Positions 27,286 to 32,000 of a stretch of 32,000 bases of DNA are shown here, one piece after another. This DNA is from Promethearchaeia archaeon. Lineage in GTDB: Archaea; Asgardarchaeota; Lokiarchaeia; Sigyniarchaeales; SOKP01. The translations under genes and the position numbers were made by a program. The stretch covers positions 305 to 32,304 of the forward strand of contig JAWOFX010000001.1 in the NCBI GenBank assembly GCA_046497275.1, given 5' to 3'. Numbering within the stretch: the stretch's first letter is position 1; each line of letters opens with the position of its first letter. The notes beneath the pieces are model-generated. The model ran no database searches, was not told where the DNA came from, and saw nothing but the letters and a program-made list of their open reading frames with translations.

Positions 27286-27444
27286 ATTAAGCTTATAACT
27301 TGCCATATCCCCGAACAATATGTAAAAGGCATTGAGGAGCTGGTAGATGCAAACTATTACCCTAATAGATCTGAAGCAATTAGAGTAGCCATTCGGGATT
27401 TATTAAAGACCGAACTCAGCTCCCTTATTAGAAGAGAGGATTAA
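27286..27444 (+). CDS. Ribbon-helix-helix (CopG/CdrS-like) transcription factor
   Basis: KLITCHIP beta strand, then YPNRSEAIRVAIRDLL. No ATG in frame. Proposed start is ATT 27286, 5 nt after AGGTG; the track alternative is TTG 27241. Confidence 0.85.
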   Translation: MKLITCHIPEQYVKGIEELVDANYYPNRSEAIRVAIRDLLKTELSSLIRRED

Positions 27445-27464
27445 TTCTTTTTTTTCATTTTTTT
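27445..27464 (+). terminator. T-tract terminator candidate after RHH gene
   Basis: T8 and T7 runs immediately after the TAA at 27444. Confidence 0.5.
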
Positions 27465-27527
27465 CTATCTTATTGTTTATTTTTATTCTATCAACTAAGC
27501 ATAATTTTTTATTTAGAATAATAATTA

Positions 27528-28397
27528 GTGAATCCTATGAGCTATGGACATATGGATTTTGAGTATATAGATTCACATGTTCACCTTTTTCCACCTAAAA
27601 TTTTCAAGGCAATTTGGGAATTTTTTGAACGTAGAGATGTGGATGGAAAGATTAGAGGGTGGCCAGTTAAATATAAACTTCCGATAAAAAACTTGGTGGA
27701 ATTTATAGCGGAGCAAAATGTAAAGTATTTTACAACATATAATTATGCCCATAAGAGAGGGTTTGCTGAATATATAAATGAGTGGATTCATGAATTTGCT
27801 CTTAGTCATAAAAATGCAATTCCTTTTGGATGTGTGTGGCCAGAAGATAAAAATCGTTTTGATTATATTAAAAAAATATTTGATGTTTATGGATTCCAAG
27901 GGATTAAAATACAACCATTAGTTCAGAAATTCTATCCATTTGATGAACGATTAGATAAAATTTACAAATTAATAGTAGATAGAGGGAAATGGGTTACTAT
28001 TCACGCAGGTACAGCTCCATATAGAAATAAATACGTGGGATACAAGAATTTTGTAAAATTAATCAAACGTTATCCCAATATGAACATCATTGTAGCTCAT
28101 ATGGGGGCATTTGAATACCAGAAATTTTTACAAATTTTAAACAAATATGAGAATCTCTATTTAGATACGACCATGATATTTATACCAGATAATATTTTTC
28201 CCGAAAGAAAAGTAAAGCAGCCAACAAAAGAGCAGTTAATATCTTATCAAGATAGAATACTGTTCGGGAGCGATTTCCCTAATATTCCATATGAGTACAA
28301 ATACTCCACCCAAGGATTATTAGAGTTTGATTTATCTCGCAATTTTTATGAGAATATTTTTTTCAATAATGCAAAAAAAATCTTTCAAATAAGTTAA
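27528..28397 (+). CDS. Amidohydrolase-family metalloenzyme (Amidohydro_2 type)
   Basis: IDSHVH, GIKIQP, IHAG, AHMG, YLDTT, LFGSDFP. The real start may be ATG 27537 or 27552. Confidence 0.9.
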   Translation: MNPMSYGHMDFEYIDSHVHLFPPKIFKAIWEFFERRDVDGKIRGWPVKYKLPIKNLVEFIAEQNVKYFTTYNYAHKRGFAEYINEWIHEFALSHKNAIPFGCVWPEDKNRFDYIKKIFDVYGFQGIKIQPLVQKFYPFDERLDKIYKLIVDRGKWVTIHAGTAPYRNKYVGYKNFVKLIKRYPNMNIIVAHMGAFEYQKFLQILNKYENLYLDTTMIFIPDNIFPERKVKQPTKEQLISYQDRILFGSDFPNIPYEYKYSTQGLLEFDLSRNFYENIFFNNAKKIFQIS

Positions 28398-28423
28398 ATA
28401 ATAGAGAAAATATTATTAGAAGT

Positions 28424-29008
28424 TCATGTACTACTTTTTAAGTTCTTTTTTATTCGTACCGCCAACAAATAAAATAATATACTCGCAAATATCCAAATTA
28501 ATTGTGGTAATAAGGTGAAATTATGACCTTGAATCGAGAAGAGACTCGGATTCCACCAATAGGGTATATATTCCCACCCTCCACCTACTATGCTACTTAA
28601 TTCGATGATGAAAGATTGTACTTGTCCCCAGACTTCCAAAATAAGTAGTTCTTTAATATTAAATTTGGAAAAAAAATCATTTTTTGAATATAACCTTATG
28701 AATCCAACACCTATTAGAAATAATCCTCCATCCCAAAGAGAATGAATAATTGAATGAATAGGAAAGGGAGTGAGAGGCTTTGAGTCTGAAAATGTCGCAA
28801 TTGGGATTTCTAATTCTCTAGCAAGTCCTAAGGGGATTTCCCATAGTAATCCAATAAGAAACCCAAGAATAAAAAGATAGAAGATGAACTTAGTTATCTT
28901 TTTTGAAAAATAGAGAATTAGAACAACCACAATAATAAGCCCTGCAATTATGTAATCTATTAAAAAGAAATTTTCACTGAAAAAATTTAAAATATTTGAA
29001 GAGAGCAT
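28424..29008 (-). CDS. Multi-pass membrane protein of unknown function
   Basis: About 5 hydrophobic helices with embedded polar motifs (WEIP, HSLWDGG, IELSS, WEY). Confidence 0.75.
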   Translation of the reverse strand: MLSSNILNFFSENFFLIDYIIAGLIIVVVLILYFSKKITKFIFYLFILGFLIGLLWEIPLGLARELEIPIATFSDSKPLTPFPIHSIIHSLWDGGLFLIGVGFIRLYSKNDFFSKFNIKELLILEVWGQVQSFIIELSSIVGGGWEYIPYWWNPSLFSIQGHNFTLLPQLIWIFASILFYLLAVRIKKNLKSST

Positions 29009-29167
29009 TAAATCCCCTTGTATCTTATAGAATGTTATGTATATCAGTTGTTTAATTGGATAATACTTTCGGTTTTTTAAATATTTTCAATTGGTCTTAA
29101 TTAGAATTACTAACCTCTATTAGACACAGTAAGTACTCTAAAAATTAAAAAAGAAAAAAAAGGAAAA

Positions 29168-29941
29168 TTAAACCTCCAGAATAGCCAAACTTAATGCCAT
29201 AACAAACATTCCTGCCACAATCCCAATTATTGACCATCTTTCGTTCCCAAAACACTGAGACACGGGTAATAGTTCATCAATCGAAACGTAAACCATAATC
29301 CCAGCAACAACGGCTAAAAGAGCAGATAATATTAGAGCATTAATGAATGGAAGTAAAATCAATCCAAATATAATTGCTCCCAGAGGCTCGGACATTCCAC
29401 TTAGAAAAGCCCAAAAAAATCCTTTCTTTTTACTTTGTGTGGCTTCACATGTTGGAATGGCAACTGCGATTCCTTCTGGGATATTATGAAGAGCTATAGC
29501 GACGGCAAGGATGATTCCAATCTCAATATTATCGATTGTTCCAACTACGGTTGCCAATCCTTCTGGGAGATTATGAATAAAAATTCCTAAGAAGACAAAT
29601 ATGGAAGCTTTCGTTAATCTTTCATCAATAGTACACTCTTTTTTGAAATAATCTTCTTGGAAATGATATTTATGAGTTATTAATATGTCGATCACAAACA
29701 TAATTCCCATCCCTACAAAGAAAAAAAGTGATCCAATGAAAATACTGTTAAAAGTAATGATGGCTTCTTGTAGGAGTTCAGTAAACGAGATAAATAACAT
29801 CACTCCCGCAGATAACCCCATAACCATTGATAAAAATTTTGGACCGGGATCTTTATAGAAAAAGGCGATAAGCCCTCCAACTGAGGTGGAAAGCCCAGCT
29901 AAAAAACTTAAAAAAACACCGAATAAAAATGCTCCAATCAT
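29168..29941 (-). CDS. zupT: ZIP-family zinc/divalent metal transporter
   Basis: GLSAGVMLFISFTELL, IFIHNLPEG, IALHNIPEG, SGMSEPLG, SIDELLP. Confidence 0.93.
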   Translation of the reverse strand: MIGAFLFGVFLSFLAGLSTSVGGLIAFFYKDPGPKFLSMVMGLSAGVMLFISFTELLQEAIITFNSIFIGSLFFFVGMGIMFVIDILITHKYHFQEDYFKKECTIDERLTKASIFVFLGIFIHNLPEGLATVVGTIDNIEIGIILAVAIALHNIPEGIAVAIPTCEATQSKKKGFFWAFLSGMSEPLGAIIFGLILLPFINALILSALLAVVAGIMVYVSIDELLPVSQCFGNERWSIIGIVAGMFVMALSLAILEV

Positions 29942-30056
29942 AATGTTTGATTTGTATTATTATAAACTATTTAATCTTTCCTTTATGATCTATTATATAT
30001 TAATTGTATCAAGACTAATTAAAACAGATCTCATAAAAAATTAAGGAGATTCTCAT

Positions 30057-31076
30057 ATGAATTCTGTGACCGAAAGAGACAAATTATTCTTTTTTGAGAG
30101 ACATTTCTTTACTCTGGATGGACTTTGGATGATCGAAGCAGAAAAGAAGCTAGGGTGGGATCTTGCTTTAAAAATAGATACTATTGTGTGGGAAAAATTA
30201 CTTAAAATAATAATTAGAAGATTAAGTGAATATTTGGGTCTAAAAGATAAAACAATTAGCACTATTGTGAAGATTTTAACGTTTCGTTGGACAGTTGAAG
30301 GATGGAAATTTGACTATAATATTAAAAACAAGGAAATTGAATTTCGAATCTCGAAATGTCCTTATAAATCTGCTATGGATAGAAACCCCAAGAGACATGA
30401 TAGAATACCTTTAATCTGTAGAGATATGTGTATCCCATTTTATAAACATATAATAAACGAATTCAATCCAGATATAAAGATTCAAAGAGAAAAATATATG
30501 GGGTTGGGAGATAATTTTTGTAATTTTGTTTTAAGTTATAAATCTAATAATTATGATCTAAGTGGCGAAAATATTGAACCAATTAAGAAAATGAACGAAA
30601 AGGATAAACTTTTCTACTTTGAACGGAATTTTAAGACTATGGATGGACTTTGGATTATTGAGGTCGAGAATCAAACAGATTTCAAAACATCCATAGAAAT
30701 GGATACCTTGGTTTGGCAGAGACTGTATCAAATTATTTTCAGAAGAGTTAAAAGGTATTTGAAGATAAAATCTAATGATTTGAATGCTTTGGTTAAGTTA
30801 CTTTCATTTATTTGGAGTTGTGAAGGCTATAGCTATGAGATTCGAGAAAAAAAAGAAAAAGAAATTATAATGGAAATACAAAATTGTCCTTATGAGGAGG
30901 CTATGAGAAATAATCCAGAACGTCAAGATAAAATTGATTCTATATGTAAAAATATGTGTGTTCATCTCTACGAGCCAGCATTGAACGACTTTAATCAACA
31001 GATCGAGTTAGAGAGGAAAAAATTCTTAGGAGTTGGAGATGAAATATGCGATTTTCATTTTAGATTGGAAGTATAA
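30057..31076 (+). CDS. Tandem two-domain V4R-like/DUF6125-like protein
   Basis: Internal duplication: DKLFFFERHFFTLDGLWMIE versus DKLFYFERNFKTMDGLWIIE. Each copy has CPY...CxxMC...LGxGDxxCxF. Confidence 0.75.
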   Translation: MNSVTERDKLFFFERHFFTLDGLWMIEAEKKLGWDLALKIDTIVWEKLLKIIIRRLSEYLGLKDKTISTIVKILTFRWTVEGWKFDYNIKNKEIEFRISKCPYKSAMDRNPKRHDRIPLICRDMCIPFYKHIINEFNPDIKIQREKYMGLGDNFCNFVLSYKSNNYDLSGENIEPIKKMNEKDKLFYFERNFKTMDGLWIIEVENQTDFKTSIEMDTLVWQRLYQIIFRRVKRYLKIKSNDLNALVKLLSFIWSCEGYSYEIREKKEKEIIMEIQNCPYEEAMRNNPERQDKIDSICKNMCVHLYEPALNDFNQQIELERKKFLGVGDEICDFHFRLEV

Positions 31077-31105
31077 GATCCCTTAAATATAATATAAGAT
31101 AAAAA

Positions 31106-31621
31106 TTAATTTAGATTTATAATTTGAACGAATAATGAGTTTTCATAGAGCGTTGTGGCGACATCACCAACAGCAACCCAGATCGATATATTATATGTAC
31201 CAGGTGGAATTGATTGATTATAAAACTGCAAAGTTGCTGATGTTCTAATCGGACTAGTTGATTGTGTGGTCACTCTCGTACGAGCTTCATCTTCTCCATT
31301 AATATGTAATTCTGCAATAATCACGTCAGGATTACTAGTAAATACGTAACAATTGAATAGAACATAAAGGGATGATATCTTCTCAATTGTAGTTTCAATT
31401 GACATAGTATTAATAATATTATATTCTGCTACGGAGGGGGGAACAAATGCACTATCATATTCATAATAATTTATAATTTCTTGACCCGGATCTGTAGGTT
31501 TCAGCCCAAATAATGGAGCCAATGTAGTATCATAAAACACATATCCTCCCAGCCCAAGCCCTAATAGCCCAAAAATCAAACCCAAAATCGTAATTCCTTT
31601 TCCATTTGACATTTTTTTCAC
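31106..31621 (-). CDS. N-terminally anchored secreted/surface protein with beta-rich C-domain
   Basis: KGITILGLIFGLLGLGLGGYVFY anchor, then a beta-rich domain ending PPGTYNISIWV...NSLFVQI with two N-x-S sequons. Confidence 0.75.
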   Translation of the reverse strand: MKKMSNGKGITILGLIFGLLGLGLGGYVFYDTTLAPLFGLKPTDPGQEIINYYEYDSAFVPPSVAEYNIINTMSIETTIEKISSLYVLFNCYVFTSNPDVIIAELHINGEDEARTRVTTQSTSPIRTSATLQFYNQSIPPGTYNISIWVAVGDVATTLYENSLFVQIINLN

Positions 31622-31804
31622 CTTTATATTTTAAATTGAAATTCATTAAATCTATAAAGAGCTCTTCTAAATAATCTTGTTTTAATAATTTGAAAAGGAA
31701 TACGACGTATTAGGAAATTAATTTAACCAATTATAACAATTGATTTATATATTATCATATAAAATAATTAAAATCAAAGAAGAGTCTGAAAAAAGTATAT
31801 ATAA

Positions 31805-32000
31805 TTAAAGGAGAGTTTTAGCAAACATATTCAATTTATCTCGGATTATCTTCATTGAAGTAAACCGTTTATCTCCCACATCGAGATCAATAGTTAACAT
31901 GGGAATCCCAACCTCTTCCCTTAGTGCTTCCCGAAGTACTTGTGGGACTGAGCCGAATTGTTTACATCCTATATGACTCGTGAAGATAAAGCAATCAGCA
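31805..32000 (-). CDS. C-terminus of 2-hydroxyacyl-CoA dehydratase (HgdB/FldC/BcrB-like) subunit, running off the window edge
   Basis: Not in the ORF track. Hand translation from 31999: ADCFIFTSHIGCKQFGSVPQVLREALREEVGIPMLTIDLDVGDKRFTSMKIIRDKLNMFAKTLL*. HxGCK and GIPxLxIDxD...DxR are typical of the family C-terminus. Confidence 0.75.
   Translation of the reverse strand, partial: ADCFIFTSHIGCKQFGSVPQVLREALREEVGIPMLTIDLDVGDKRFTSMKIIRDKLNMFAKTLL

Noticed and set aside
24012-30998. Minus-strand ORFs 24012, 24420, 26258, 27573, 30053, 30804
   Set aside because: All overlap better-supported plus-strand genes.
1-32000. CRISPR array, tRNA/rRNA, IS element, prophage, alternative genetic code
   Set aside because: No regularly spaced repeats, cloverleafs, transposase or integrase seen. 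Conserved genes translate to full length with the standard code, and TGA serves as a normal stop (purQ).

Overview
AT-rich archaeal chromosome segment, most likely Asgard (Lokiarchaeia/Promethearchaeota). This is inferred from a glycosylated single-pass protein with a cytoplasmic longin-like domain, TATA-like boxes, T-tract terminators, GGTG/GAGG ribosome-binding sites, a tungsten-family AOR and a CdrS-like RHH protein. Left to right: a 5'-truncated membrane protein; a GH13 alpha-amylase; an amino-sugar cluster (acetyltransferase-only GlmU-like, glmS, nagB-like, glmM-like) arranged as two convergent pairs; an unknown helical protein; a locus with an alkyl-DHAP-synthase-like flavoprotein, a CCG/Fe-S protein, a metazoan-GK5-like glycerol kinase and an alpha/beta hydrolase; a MazG-like enzyme; purC and purSQL; small Cys-rich ORFs; padR-hsp20 with a candidate operator and a structured 3' element; AOR; RHH; amidohydrolase; membrane proteins; zupT; a tandem V4R/DUF6125-like protein; and the 3' end of a 2-hydroxyacyl-CoA dehydratase subunit missing from the ORF track. 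No rRNA, tRNA, CRISPR array or mobile element was recognised. The best candidate for an undescribed system is the AGPS-like/CCG Fe-S/GK5-like/hydrolase locus (11769-17365). All family calls come from motif recognition and remembered sequences; no searches were run.
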